Assembly: GCA_965248695.1 (NCBI GenBank)
Contig: CBDFKD010000002.1
Location: 3,520,001 to 3,584,000 of the forward strand
Reading direction: 5' to 3'
DNA length: 64,000 bases
From: Acidobacteriota bacterium
GTDB lineage: Bacteria > Acidobacteriota > UBA890 > WLXD01
Part shown: piece by piece, positions 11,154-20,504 of the stretch
How positions within the stretch are numbered: position 1 is the stretch's first letter
Layout: every line of letters starts with the position of its first letter
The notes under the pieces: generated by a model
The model's database searches: none
The model's input: only the letters and a program-made list of their open reading frames with translations
What the model was told of the DNA's origin: nothing
Made by a program: the position numbers and the translations under genes

Positions 11154-12212
11154 CTAGCGGGCGTCGCGGTAGTTGATCTGCAGCTCGCGCTGGATGTTGA
11201 GGATGCGATCGGTCGGGCGTGAGTGCGTACCGAGCACGAAATTGGTCACCGGGTCGGCCTCGCCGAACCGCTCGCGGAAGCGCTCCCACAGAATGGGGCC
11301 CGTATGCGGGTCGTAGCCGGCCTCGTAGGCGTAGCGTAGACCGACTCGGTCGGCCTGATCCTCGAGCTCGCGGCTGTAGCCGTTGGTCCACGCCTGAGTA
11401 CCGATGAGCGCCGCGACGTTGGCCACGTTTGACCCCGCGCCACCAGCGATCGCACCGCCGAGCAGGCCGGCCCCGAGGCTCGCCAGAGCCTGTTTCCACA
11501 TGCCCGATTTCGCACTGCGGCGAGAGTGCTCGTGGGTGTAGTGGGCTAGCTCGTGGCCGAGGATGATAGCCAACTCATCGTCTGAGATAGCGTCCATCAA
11601 CCCGGAGTAGATCCAGATCGACCCGTTGGCCATTGCCGAAGCGTTCCACAGCCGCGTTTCGACCACGTGGACTCTGACTTCGCCCGCGACCAGGTAGGAC
11701 GGCTTCAGCTTGGCGAGGATCTTCTCCACTCGCAGCACGCGGTCGTCGTAGGAGACGATCTGACCGATCGTGCGCTCGCCGTCGTACATGCGGCCCGCTT
11801 GCAGCCATTCGCGCTCGAGCTCGTTGCCGGCCGAGCGCACCTGGGTCTCGAGCAACTGCGAGCCGTTCGGCACAGCCTCGATCTGATCGGCAACGATGAC
11901 ACCGGTCTCGAGCCGCCGACCCCGGACGCGGGCCTCGAACCCGAGGGCGATCTCGCTCGGATTCTGCACTTCGCCGCTGATCACCGTGTCGACGGTAATC
12001 CGTACGCGCTGGCCGTCGATAATGAAAATGCCGCCCTGGCGGTACTCGGCGTAGGCGTCCAACTCGACGGGTGTGCCGGCAGCCGTCGCCTCCGACTCGA
12101 AGATCACCTCGCGTTGACGAGGCGGCAACGGCTCCTGCAACTGGGCGATCGCTGGCGCGACCGACGCCACCATGCCAAGGCCCAGCAGGCCACGGGCGAG
12201 CGTGCTTCGCAT
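11154..12212 (-). CDS. Secreted M48 metalloprotease with N-terminal DUF5666-like beta domain
   Basis: NASAMANGSIWIYSGL, HELAH, YSRELEDQAD, THSRPTDR; signal peptide. Confidence 0.88.
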   Translation of the reverse strand: MRSTLARGLLGLGMVASVAPAIAQLQEPLPPRQREVIFESEATAAGTPVELDAYAEYRQGGIFIIDGQRVRITVDTVISGEVQNPSEIALGFEARVRGRRLETGVIVADQIEAVPNGSQLLETQVRSAGNELEREWLQAGRMYDGERTIGQIVSYDDRVLRVEKILAKLKPSYLVAGEVRVHVVETRLWNASAMANGSIWIYSGLMDAISDDELAIILGHELAHYTHEHSRRSAKSGMWKQALASLGAGLLGGAIAGGAGSNVANVAALIGTQAWTNGYSRELEDQADRVGLRYAYEAGYDPHTGPILWERFRERFGEADPVTNFVLGTHSRPTDRILNIQRELQINYRDAR

Positions 12213-12297
12213 GAATCGGCTCCGTAGGCTCAGGGGCTTGCTACCCCTGAAGCTAGCATCCCCGTGCCCTGCGACCATAGTCCGGCAGCTGTCGCTG

Positions 12298-12777
12298 TCA
12301 GCGGGCACCGAGTTGCTGGGCCATACGGTCAACGTAGGCGACCAGCACCGAAATCGCCTTTGCACCAGCGGTCAGGGAATTATCAGTTGGCGTCAACAGC
12401 GTCACGTTGGTCACTGCGAACACGGTGCAGTCATAGCTCGTCGGAGCGTCGCCGAGAGGTATGGCTTATCACCCAGGATCTGCCTCCAGCGTCCGCCGCA
12501 CGAGGTGGCCGAGGGCGTGGTCATCGCCGCTGAGGTCCCCGTCGAGAGGGTCACCGTGGGACTTCTTCAGGCGCTCGATGATCAGGCCCGAGTCGCCGAT
12601 GAGGGCGCCATCGATGTTGACGTAAGGAATCTTGCCGCGTGGCGCCTTGATGGGGTCGCCTGGGGCGGTCTCGTACTCGATCTTGGCCAGCCGCAGGTAC
12701 GACTCGAGCTTGGCGGCGAACGGACTGACGCTGAAATGGGATCCGTAAGCGGGCGCAAACTGATGCAGGGTGATCAT
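12298..12777 (-). pseudogene. Glutathione S-transferase (metaxin/FAX-like) with internal deletion
   Basis: N-domain SPFAAKLESYLRL..APRGKIPYV..IGDSGLIIE; after RRTLE it jumps out of frame to C-domain ILGDKPY[L]LGDAPTSYDCTVFA...YVDRM. Confidence 0.75.
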
Positions 12778-13439
12778 GGCGCTGACATCCCGGATGGGTA
12801 CCACTCCCCGCGACCTTCAGGCGTCAGATCGAGGTAGCTCCAGACCGGCGACAGCAGGTCCATGCCGCGGAGCTCACTCTGACCCAGCAACGCGCTTTGG
12901 GAGTAGAAGTGGACGATGGCGCCGTCATCGCTGCGCACGAAGACGGAGACGCCAGGTAATTGACTTCCATCCGCCACCTCGAAGCCGAGCCGTACTTTGA
13001 GGTCGGAGCCAGCGGCCGACACAACGCGCAGATTCTGCCATCCACGTGCCGCGGCTACCAGAGAGAAGCGTTCCACGTCACCGGCAATGAGGACAGCGAA
13101 ATTCACTCGTTCGCTCAGATGCTCGACTACCGCCGCGTAGCCATCGGCCCACATCGAACACATCGGGCACGCTTCCGCCTGCGCCTTGCCGTACATGAAC
13201 TGCATCAGCACAAGCGGCTTGTCAGGTTCATCGAACAGGTGCGACAGCTTCACCGGCAGGCGCACACCGTCTCGGACCTCCTCGAATAGCTCGTCGTCGA
13301 CGCGCGTATCGAGCGGCAGGCCGCGCCGCAGTTGTGCCACACGCTCGCGCTGGTCGCGCAGCTGTTTCTCCGCGATTTGCAGCTCGTCGCGCAGCTTCGC
13401 ATAGCGCGCGGATTCGTTCTCCAGCCGACCGATCTTCAT
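12774..13439 (-). CDS. DUF899 thioredoxin-like protein
   Basis: ERVAQLRRGLP, FMYG...CPMCSMWADG, PGVSVF, LDLTPEGR. Confidence 0.9.
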   Translation of the reverse strand: MKIGRLENESARYAKLRDELQIAEKQLRDQRERVAQLRRGLPLDTRVDDELFEEVRDGVRLPVKLSHLFDEPDKPLVLMQFMYGKAQAEACPMCSMWADGYAAVVEHLSERVNFAVLIAGDVERFSLVAAARGWQNLRVVSAAGSDLKVRLGFEVADGSQLPGVSVFVRSDDGAIVHFYSQSALLGQSELRGMDLLSPVWSYLDLTPEGRGEWYPSGMSAP

Positions 13440-13479
13440 GATGCTGCTCGCTCCTTTCTTCCGATGAACGCGGTCACCG

Positions 13480-14373
13480 TCAAGCCGTCTCCGGCATTGG
13501 ACAGGCGGTAAGCATGGCGAGGTACTCGGCCAACGGCCCGTCCTCGGCCTCGTAGCGCTGCGACGCGGCTTCGAAGCCAGCCGCCCGCAGAACACGGCGA
13601 GCATCGGCGACCGATAGCGGGAAGTCACGGTTGGCCGAATGGTCGGTCAAGATCCGCGCACCGGCGGCCCCGCCGCCGTTATCAAGGTAGCCGCGCTCGA
13701 GCCGATCAATCAGGTCTGTGCGCCAAGCCGTCGGGGTTCCGGCCGGCAGCGCCTTGATACCGAACCCGGGTACTCCTGCGGCCGCCAACACCGACGGCTC
13801 CACCATCGCCAGCGACGAAAGCTCACCACCCTCGTCGACGGTTTCCGGTCGGGAGACGTGCGGCGCCCGGTCGGGTCGATAGCAATCGTGGTTCACCAAC
13901 CGCCCGTCGGGTTCGAGCAGGGAGTGGGAGTGGCGCGCCATGAACCAGAGCTCCTCCGGCGTCCCGTGGTGCCAGTTCAGACTCACGAAGATGAGATCGA
14001 ACGGTGCCCGCGACGACAGCGGGCGCAGGTCCCAGGCGCTGCCCTCGAAGATCTCCGCCTCGACGTTAGGGGAAAACGGAAATCGGCCCGCCTTCTCGAC
14101 CTGCTGTCTGTTGATGTCGACCCCGGTGTAGTGGAACGACCGATGCGGGAACTCCTCCATCGCGGTCGCCATGGTGAACGGCACACCGCCGCAGGCCAGA
14201 TCGAGCACGCGCATCTGAGCTTCGGGCGGCCGCAGGTCGACAATCGCGCCCACTTGCTCAGCGAGCTTCGCCGCTGCCTGTCGGTGCAACAGCACGTTGC
14301 CGCGCACGAGCAGCTCGTACGGACTGTCGCCGGAGAAGAAGACCTCCCGCCGCATTGCCTGATTGGAGCTCAT
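13480..14373 (-). CDS. Class I SAM-dependent methyltransferase
   Basis: RVLDLACGG, YTGVDIN, FDLIF, LLEPDGRLV; start approximate. Confidence 0.85.
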   Translation of the reverse strand: MSSNQAMRREVFFSGDSPYELLVRGNVLLHRQAAAKLAEQVGAIVDLRPPEAQMRVLDLACGGVPFTMATAMEEFPHRSFHYTGVDINRQQVEKAGRFPFSPNVEAEIFEGSAWDLRPLSSRAPFDLIFVSLNWHHGTPEELWFMARHSHSLLEPDGRLVNHDCYRPDRAPHVSRPETVDEGGELSSLAMVEPSVLAAAGVPGFGIKALPAGTPTAWRTDLIDRLERGYLDNGGGAAGARILTDHSANRDFPLSVADARRVLRAAGFEAASQRYEAEDGPLAEYLAMLTACPMPETA

Positions 14374-14469
14374 TCGCCTCGGGATGTTGTCTTTCTCAGG
14401 TATCTTCTGGGCGCAAATGTAGCCAGCTGCCGCCAACATGGTCAATTGGGGCGGGACAGGGAGCGTGTC

Positions 14470-15598
14470 GTGAGCGAGACATCAACGACTAGAAGATTCG
14501 GCGGCGGAGTCGCCATCGGGCTGACGATCGTAGCTGCGGCGGCACTCGTAGCGGTAGCGCTCATCGGCGACCGCGACGACGAGCTAGCGCCGCAGACAGG
14601 CAGCGGCAGCGCCGTATTCGACCCCGCGGGTGCGCTCTGGCTTGAACAGACGCATGGCGCCACCGCCAGCATCCGCGGTCTGAGCGCCGTGAGCGCTGAG
14701 GTCGCCTGGGCCAGTGGCACCGAAGGAACGTGGCTGCGGACGGCGGACGCCGGGGCGACCTGGAGCTCAGGGCAGATCGCCGGCGCCGAGGAGTTGGATT
14801 TCCGCGACATCGAGGGCTTCGACGCCGACAGCGCCTGCGTGCTCAGCATCGGCCGCCCAGCGAGGGTGTACTGCACCGATGATGGTGGCGAGTCGTGGAC
14901 TTCCAGCTACGAGGACGACACCCCCGGGATCTTCTTCAACTGCATGGACTTCGCGGACCGTCTGCACGGCTTTGCGGTCGGCGACCCCATTGAAGGCCGA
15001 CTGCAGCTGATCCGAACGAGCGACGGCGGCCGCAGCTGGAAGCGATTGGTACCGGACACGCCGCCGCTGCCGCATTCCGGCGAGGGCCAGTCCGCTGCCA
15101 GCGGCACGTGCCTGCTGGCGCGCGGCGACCGTCTGTGGATCGCGGCCCGGCGCCGCCAGCTCGCGCCTGTATCGCTCCGTCGATGCGGGCATCAACTGGT
15201 CGGCCGTCGAGACTCCGCTGCGCGCCGAAACCGGCTCACAGGGGAACTTCTCCGTGGTGTTCTGGAGCGACACTGCCGGGGTGGTGATCGGAGGCGACTT
15301 CGAAGAAGATGCCAGCATGGAGGGCAACGTCGGGCTCACGATCGACGGCGGCGCGACCTGGTTTCGCCCGCCCGGCAACCCGCCCGGAGGTTTTCGGTCC
15401 TGCGTGACAATCGTCGGCGGCGCCAGCCCCGCGGCGCTAGTCGCCGTCGGCACCAGCGGCTCCGATGTCTCGATCGACGGCAGCCAGAGCTGGAGCCGAC
15501 TCGGCACCACTGGCTTCCATGTCGTCGCCGCAAGCCGCGACGGAACGGCTGTCTGGGCGGCGGGCAGCGAAGGTCGCATCGCCCGGCTCCGCAGCTAG
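14470..15598 (+). CDS. BNR/Ycf48-like beta-propeller protein (frameshift near 15148)
   Basis: Asp-box repeats TADAGATW, TDDGGESW, TSDGGRSW, SVDAGINW, TIDGGATW, SIDGSQSW across two frames; N-terminal TM/signal. Confidence 0.85.
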
Positions 15599-15648
15599 CG
15601 GAGAGCGAACGTCAGGCTCTGCACTACGGCCCTACGAGCCGGCCGGGC

Positions 15649-16023
15649 TCAGTATCGCGGCCCGTAGTGGCGGATCAGCGAGCCGACGTTGTACCCGTAG
15701 CCCCCCGCGTAGCGTCCGAAGTGACCGCAGCCCGAGTGGTGGTAGGTGTGCCCGCGCTCGCGGTAGCAATAGCGCCCGCAGTAGCGCGACGGTCCGAACC
15801 GCGTCGAGCGAACATAGTGGCCACGCCGCGGCCCGTGATTGCTGTACAGAGCCTGGAAGCCCAGACCGCCGATGTTGAACGACGATCCGTAAAACCAACC
15901 CGGCGCGGAGTGTCCGTAGGAGACCCCATAGCTGCTGTAGCGAGTGGCACAGCCGGCGGCGAAGGCGAGCGCGCCGACCGCCAGGGCGACACCAAGCACG
16001 GTGGCAACTCGGTGCTTTGACAT
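15649..16023 (-). CDS. Small Gly/Tyr/His/Arg-rich putative lipoprotein
   Basis: GGAGG RBS; lipobox AAGC; CGRYC...HHSGC cluster. Confidence 0.75.
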   Translation of the reverse strand: MSKHRVATVLGVALAVGALAFAAGCATRYSSYGVSYGHSAPGWFYGSSFNIGGLGFQALYSNHGPRRGHYVRSTRFGPSRYCGRYCYRERGHTYHHSGCGHFGRYAGGYGYNVGSLIRHYGPRY

Positions 16024-16074
16024 GGCTTCCTCCCAGCGGAAGGAAAGGTGGACAGGGGATCCACCTTCTGTCGA

Positions 16075-16090
16075 TGCAAGATCAGTGCCG
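16075..16090 (-). promoter_or_regulatory. sigma54-type -24/-12 promoter
   Basis: Minus strand CGGCAC-TGATC-TTGCA matches YGGCAC-N5-TTGCW with GG-N10-GC spacing, about 50 nt upstream of the 16023 start. Confidence 0.65.
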
Positions 16091-16264
16091 GTAAGTCAGA
16101 TCGCGAAAAGCCCGCGATTCGGCGTCCAGCGGTCACTTCGAGGTCGAGGCAGGCCCAGAATCGACGACAAGCGGACGGTTTGTTGACCGTTTAGTGACTA
16201 TATGCGGACATCGACCGCTTGCCCGGCTGCCAAAGAGCACCGCGCTACTGAAGCGTTGACTGTG

Positions 16265-16930
16265 CTACTGAATCGTTCGCGGTGAGAATGCCGGGTCCAA
16301 CGCCGCCAGCCGAGCCCATTCCATGGCCTCGATCAGATAGAGCGGAAAATGCCCGGCACCGAAACTCCCCAGGACCTCATAGCGCTGCCGTGCGTTGGAC
16401 TGTACGAAGACGATCTGAAACTCGCCGACGAAGGCGCTCACCGGACTGTCCTTGCCCTGCGGCCCGATGGTGCGATAGGTCCATACCGTAGCGCGCCCTG
16501 AGCCACCGGGAACGAAGCGCACGAAATCGGGCTTGCCGAAAAGAATGTGGATCTGGCCGCGGTCCGACTTCCAGCCCTTGGGGTACTCGTTGTAGCGATC
16601 GTTGGCCGCAGCGACGCGTGTGTAGAACTCGATCTTGTACGGATTGGTGCGATCCCGCAGGTCGTGATCTCGCCGCTCCCAGAACTCCGCGATAAATCGG
16701 GCGCGCTGTGCGGTCGCCCCGAGCGCCTTGAACGCGTCCCTTTCGACCTCGAGCAGGGCGTACTGCACCGGTCCCTTGAGCCAGCTATCGGCGTCGCTCT
16801 CGTACAACACCATGGCCTCTGTGGGCGTATCCGGAAACGACTCCTTGAACTGCGCCGACGCAGCCGGCACCGCAACCGTCAGCAGCGACATCGCCGCTGC
16901 CACGGCATGACATGACACCGTTGGCATCAT
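16265..16930 (-). CDS. GWxTD-domain secreted protein
   Basis: FIAEFWERRD..TNPYKIEFYTRVAAANDRY...GWKSDRGQIHILFGKPD; start approximate. Confidence 0.85.
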   Translation of the reverse strand: MMPTVSCHAVAAAMSLLTVAVPAASAQFKESFPDTPTEAMVLYESDADSWLKGPVQYALLEVERDAFKALGATAQRARFIAEFWERRDHDLRDRTNPYKIEFYTRVAAANDRYNEYPKGWKSDRGQIHILFGKPDFVRFVPGGSGRATVWTYRTIGPQGKDSPVSAFVGEFQIVFVQSNARQRYEVLGSFGAGHFPLYLIEAMEWARLAALDPAFSPRTIQ

Positions 16931-16958
16931 CACGCGATCGGCGCCGTCGCCCCCCATG

Positions 16959-18386
16959 TCATTGCTCGAACACCTGGAATCCGAAGATGCAGGTATCGGT
17001 CGAGCAGCCAGGCATCCGTACTTCCACGGTCCACGTTCCCGCCGTGCCGGCTGCGAACGACAGCACCGGATAATCATCCGGCTCGAAATCGCTGGCGATC
17101 TCATCGGCGTCGGCGTCATAGACCAGCAGATCGACGTCAGCGCAGTCGTTGTCGCAGACGCCGAGAATGAGATAGTCGACGCCACGGCTCACCGGTAAGT
17201 CGAACGACATCGTCCCGTCAGCGTCGATCTCGTCGATGACCGCATCGTAGGCTGGCGTGTACCCGTCGCCCATCTCACGCCGCGCCGACGCCAGCTGTGC
17301 CTCGACCTGGTGGACCCACTCGGACCCGCCCTCGTGATCTGTCGGCGTTGACGAGCTCGACTCGGGAATCGCAACAGCGACATATTGCGGGCTGTCCCGG
17401 TAGTTGCGCGCGATCTCGTTGCGGATGTTCTCGATGCGATCCGACGGACGTGAATGGCTGCCGAAGAAGAAGTTCGTGATCTTGTCGGACTCGCCGTAGC
17501 GGTCGCGGAACTTGGCCCAGAGCGGCACGCCAGCGCCGACGTTGTAGCCGCCCTCGTAGGCGTAGCGCAGACCGACGCGGTCCGCCTGGTCCTCCAGCCC
17601 CCGGCTATAGCCGCTACCCCACACCGTCATTCCGAGCCCGGCCGCCACCGTCGCGATACCGCTGCCCACATCGCTGTCGATCACCTCAGCCGCGAGAACA
17701 GCGGCGAGACCCGCCAGTCCCTGCCACATGCTGGTCTTGGCCTGCCGACGGGAGTGCTCGTGCGTGTAGTGGGCCAGCTCGTGGCCGAGCACCACGGCGA
17801 GCTCATCGTCGGTCATGCTGTCGATCAGCCCGGTGTACACCCAGATGGCGCCGTTACCCATCGCGGCGGCGTTCCACTCATCGGTCTCCACCACGTGGAC
17901 ACGCACCTGCTTGTCGTAGTCGACGTAGGGGGGCACCAGACGTTGCATGATTGAGCGCACGCGGTCGGCATGCTGCCCTGAATCCGCCAGGCGCCCAACG
18001 GTGATCTCGTCGCCGTCTTCCCCGGGCTCGAACATCCGACCCTGGTTCACCCAGACGTCCTCGATCTCGTTGGTGGCCGCCAGCACATCGCCCTCGAACA
18101 TGGCATCGCCGTTGGGCTTGGCCGCGATCTCGCGCGCCAGGATCGCGCCGTCGGGCTGCAGGTCGCCCTTGGCCTCCACCTCGTAGCCGAGCGGAATCGA
18201 GCCCAGGTCGGTGATGTCGCGGCCCTTGAATCTCGTCCCCGAGTGAACACGGACGCGTTGACCTTCGACGACGATCTCGTTGCCGCGGCGCCACTCGGCG
18301 AACCCCTTGACCGTCTCCTCGGCCGCGGCGAAGGTCGGCACCGCCAGCGCCATTACGACGGCCAGCATGAGAGTGCGTCGGAGCAT
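16959..18386 (-). CDS. Secreted M48 metalloprotease with DUF5666-like N-domain and Cys-containing C-terminal beta domain
   Basis: HELAHYTHEHSRR, YSRGLEDQAD, SHSRPSDR; C-terminal GVCDNDCADVDL...CSTDTC. Confidence 0.9.
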   Translation of the reverse strand: MLRRTLMLAVVMALAVPTFAAAEETVKGFAEWRRGNEIVVEGQRVRVHSGTRFKGRDITDLGSIPLGYEVEAKGDLQPDGAILAREIAAKPNGDAMFEGDVLAATNEIEDVWVNQGRMFEPGEDGDEITVGRLADSGQHADRVRSIMQRLVPPYVDYDKQVRVHVVETDEWNAAAMGNGAIWVYTGLIDSMTDDELAVVLGHELAHYTHEHSRRQAKTSMWQGLAGLAAVLAAEVIDSDVGSGIATVAAGLGMTVWGSGYSRGLEDQADRVGLRYAYEGGYNVGAGVPLWAKFRDRYGESDKITNFFFGSHSRPSDRIENIRNEIARNYRDSPQYVAVAIPESSSSTPTDHEGGSEWVHQVEAQLASARREMGDGYTPAYDAVIDEIDADGTMSFDLPVSRGVDYLILGVCDNDCADVDLLVYDADADEIASDFEPDDYPVLSFAAGTAGTWTVEVRMPGCSTDTCIFGFQVFEQ

Positions 18387-18405
18387 GGCGTCGAGAACCC
18401 TTTCC

Positions 18406-18447
18406 GTCGGTAGCGGGGTATTGGGTGTCGGTAGCGTGGTATTTGGG
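18406..18447. repeat. Tandem direct repeat, 2 copies, 21-bp period
   Basis: GTCGGTAGCGGGGTATTGGG (18406-18425) and GTCGGTAGCGTGGTATTTGGG (18427-18447). Confidence 0.85.
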
Positions 18448-18630
18448 CGGCAGCCCGGTGTGCGAGGCTCCAGTAAACGCTAGCATCACGGTCGCCGTGC
18501 TGTCAGCTGGTCGCGGGCGGGCGGGCACTCGATTCCACTATGCCGGCGGGCTCGACGGGCTATGGTTATGTTCGGTCGCCGGGGGGCGGCGACGCGTGCG
18601 GCGGGTTTCTGCAGGGGATGACCGTCTCGG

Positions 18631-20481
18631 ATGACTGTGCTTCCGTTCGATATCGGCACCGGCACGGACGACTTGTTGGAAGTGGTGCGCCGTTACTGGG
18701 GCTTCGACTCCCTGCGGCCATTGCAACAGGACGCCATCCGCGCCGAGCTAGACCGGCGGGATTCACTCGTCGTGCTACCGACGGGAGGCGGCAAATCGCT
18801 CTGCTACCAGGTACCGCCGCTGCTCGCCGGACGCACCGATATCGTCGTCTCGCCGCTGATCTCCCTGATGAAGGACCAGGTGGACGGCCTGCGAGCCAAC
18901 GGCTACCCGGCCGCCAGCCTGCACAGCGCCCAGGACCCGGGAGAGCGCGCCGAATCGCAGCGCTTCATCGCCTCGGGCGATTGCAGGCTGGTGTTCGTAT
19001 CGCCCGAGCGACTGGTTAGCTCGTGGTTCCTGGAGACGGTCGAGCAACTCCAGATCCGCAGCTTTGCGGTCGACGAAGCTCATTGCATCAGTCACTGGGG
19101 CCACGATTTCCGTCCCGAGTACCGCCAGCTGGCGGTGCTCAAGCAGCGTATCCCCGGTGCCAGCCTGCACGCCTACACGGCCACAGCCACCGAACGCGTA
19201 CGCGCCGATATCGTCGATCAGCTGGGGCTCGAGTCCCCGGCGGTCCTGGTCGGAAGCTTCGACCGACCGAACCTCATCTACAGGCTGGTACCTCGGCTCG
19301 AGCTGCGAGCCCAGGTTCTCGAAACCCTCGAGCGGCACGCCAACGAAGCGGTGATCGTGTACTGCATCAGCCGCAAGGACACTGAGCGGCTGGCCGAAGG
19401 CCTCCAGAGCCGAGGCCATCGCGCCGCCTACTACCATGCCGGCCTCGAGCCTGGTGAGCGCGGCCGCACGCAGGACGCGTTCGCAAACGAGGAGATCGAT
19501 GTCATCGTCGCCACGGTCGCCTTCGGCATGGGGATTGACCGCAGCGATGTTCGCGCCGTGATCCACGCCGCGATGCCGAAGTCGGTGGAGCACTACCAGC
19601 AGGAGACCGGCCGTGCCGGACGCGACGGGCTAGCGGCCGAGTGTGTGTTGTTGCATTCGCCTGCCGACGCTCTGCGCTGGCGAACCGTTCTCGAACGCAG
19701 CGACGTTGATGATGCAAGCAACGAGGGGCTCGCTGCAGCACTCGGCCTGCTAGATGAGATGCGGCGGTTCTGCGCCCCTGGCACGTGCCGGCACCGCTCG
19801 CTCACCGAGTATTTCGGACAGCGGTACGAACCGCCCAATGCCGATGGGTGCGGCGCCTGTGATGTCTGCCTGGGCGAGACCGAGGGGCTCATCGACGGTA
19901 CCCGCGAGGCACAGATGGTGCTGTCATGCGTCGCCCGCGTCGGCCAGTCCTATGGCATGGGTCACGTCGTCGATGTGCTGCGCGGCGCCGATACCGAACG
20001 CATCCGCTCGCTCGGCCACCAGACCCTGAGCACCTACGGACTGATTCCCGATCGCACGCGTACGGAGTTGATGAACCTGACGTTCCAGCTGCTGGATCAG
20101 CGCCTTCTCCATCGCAGCGAGGGCGAGTACCCCGTGCTACAGCTGAACGACGCGTCGCTCGAGGTGTTGCGCAGCGAGCGCGAGGTCCAGCTGGTACCCG
20201 TCAAGACGCGCAGGGTGCGCACCACCCGCGGCGAGGCGGAGTCGTGGGAGGGCGTCGACCGCGAGCTGTTCGAGGATCTGCGCTCCCTGCGGACGCGTTT
20301 GGCGCGCGAGCGCAACGTCCCCCCGTACGTCATCTTCAGCGACGCGAGCCTGCGTGACATGGCACGCAAGAAGCCGGCCAGCCCGGAGCAATTCCTCCAG
20401 GTGCATGGTGTGGGCGAGAAGAAGCTAGCCGACCTCGGCGAGACCTTCCTCGCCTGCATCGCAGAGTCCGCGCCGAGCTAG
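18631..20481 (+). CDS. recQ: ATP-dependent DNA helicase RecQ
   Basis: PTGGGKSLCYQ, DEAHCISHWGHDFRPEY, QETGRAGRDG, Zn Cys, RQC and HRDC domains. Confidence 0.96.
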   Translation: MTVLPFDIGTGTDDLLEVVRRYWGFDSLRPLQQDAIRAELDRRDSLVVLPTGGGKSLCYQVPPLLAGRTDIVVSPLISLMKDQVDGLRANGYPAASLHSAQDPGERAESQRFIASGDCRLVFVSPERLVSSWFLETVEQLQIRSFAVDEAHCISHWGHDFRPEYRQLAVLKQRIPGASLHAYTATATERVRADIVDQLGLESPAVLVGSFDRPNLIYRLVPRLELRAQVLETLERHANEAVIVYCISRKDTERLAEGLQSRGHRAAYYHAGLEPGERGRTQDAFANEEIDVIVATVAFGMGIDRSDVRAVIHAAMPKSVEHYQQETGRAGRDGLAAECVLLHSPADALRWRTVLERSDVDDASNEGLAAALGLLDEMRRFCAPGTCRHRSLTEYFGQRYEPPNADGCGACDVCLGETEGLIDGTREAQMVLSCVARVGQSYGMGHVVDVLRGADTERIRSLGHQTLSTYGLIPDRTRTELMNLTFQLLDQRLLHRSEGEYPVLQLNDASLEVLRSEREVQLVPVKTRRVRTTRGEAESWEGVDRELFEDLRSLRTRLARERNVPPYVIFSDASLRDMARKKPASPEQFLQVHGVGEKKLADLGETFLACIAESAPS

Positions 20482-20504
20482 CACCGGCGCGGTCGCAGCC
20501 CCGA

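Noticed and set aside
1440-15160. Programmed ribosomal frameshifting as explanation for split ORFs
   Set aside because: Mixed shift directions with no shared slippery heptamer or stimulatory structure.
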